Source: Podarcis melisellensis
Taxonomy: Eukaryota
Assembly: GCA_964234715.1 (NCBI GenBank)
Contig: OZ174283.1
Strand: one strand, 5' to 3'
Length of the DNA: 64,000 bases
Shown here one piece after another: positions 63,783 to 64,000 of this stretch; position 1 is the first letter of the stretch, and each line of letters begins with the position of its first letter. Both the position numbers and the translations under genes were made by a program. Under the pieces are notes generated by a model. It worked only from the letters and a program-made list of their open reading frames with translations. It did not search any database and was not told the DNA's origin.

Positions 63783-64000
63783 ATTGTTTTTCCCTTCCAA
63801 AAGGAATTAGAGCCTACAGTAAAAAAGGTACCTCCATCTCTTCTTTGCCCGATCACATTCTTTACCAGATAACTTAAGTCAAACTGGAAGTAGATTTTTC
63901 TACAGCTAAGGCCAATCTAGTTATTACAAAGGCCAGCAATATTCCAAAATACTATTTTTTTGAATTAAAGAACTATGCTAGTATTGCATGCTGAGACAGT

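Noticed and set aside
1-64000. Known miRNA or snoRNA genes and host coding exons
   Set aside because: By eye I found only short seed-like matches (e.g. TAAGGCACGC near 17748) without a full mature sequence or hairpin. Short exons could still be missed without alignment.

Overview
Eukaryotic DNA, almost certainly from a lizard and probably a lacertid (Podarcis/Lacerta-like). The taxon call rests on Sauria SINEs, Squam3-like SINEs, a BovB 3' end and squamate-type L1/L2/CR1 fragments. I can support no host protein-coding gene, RNA gene or CRISPR array. The six-frame ORFs are chance ORFs, decayed retroelement fragments or repeat artefacts. The window reads as a long intron or intergenic region densely filled with mobile elements: 8 Sauria SINEs, 10 copies of a ~240 bp TA-flanked Tc1/mariner-type MITE, several hAT-type MITEs with 8-bp TSDs (some nested), L1, L2, CR1, BovB and other RTE fragments, two solo LTRs, two putative Ngaro/DIRS-type remnants and a 48-bp minisatellite. 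AT-rich unique blocks between the repeats look like conserved enhancers. Best leads: (i) two dissimilar solo LTRs share an acidic/PSP/Arg-rich reading-frame architecture; (ii) a 60-bp identical patch is shared by two otherwise ~81% identical L2 copies 8 kb apart; (iii) a hAT MITE has a large internal palindrome; (iv) a putative tyrosine-recombinase retroelement remnant carries a 76-bp split direct repeat. I found no convincing new multi-gene system. Family names come from motif recognition, not database searches.
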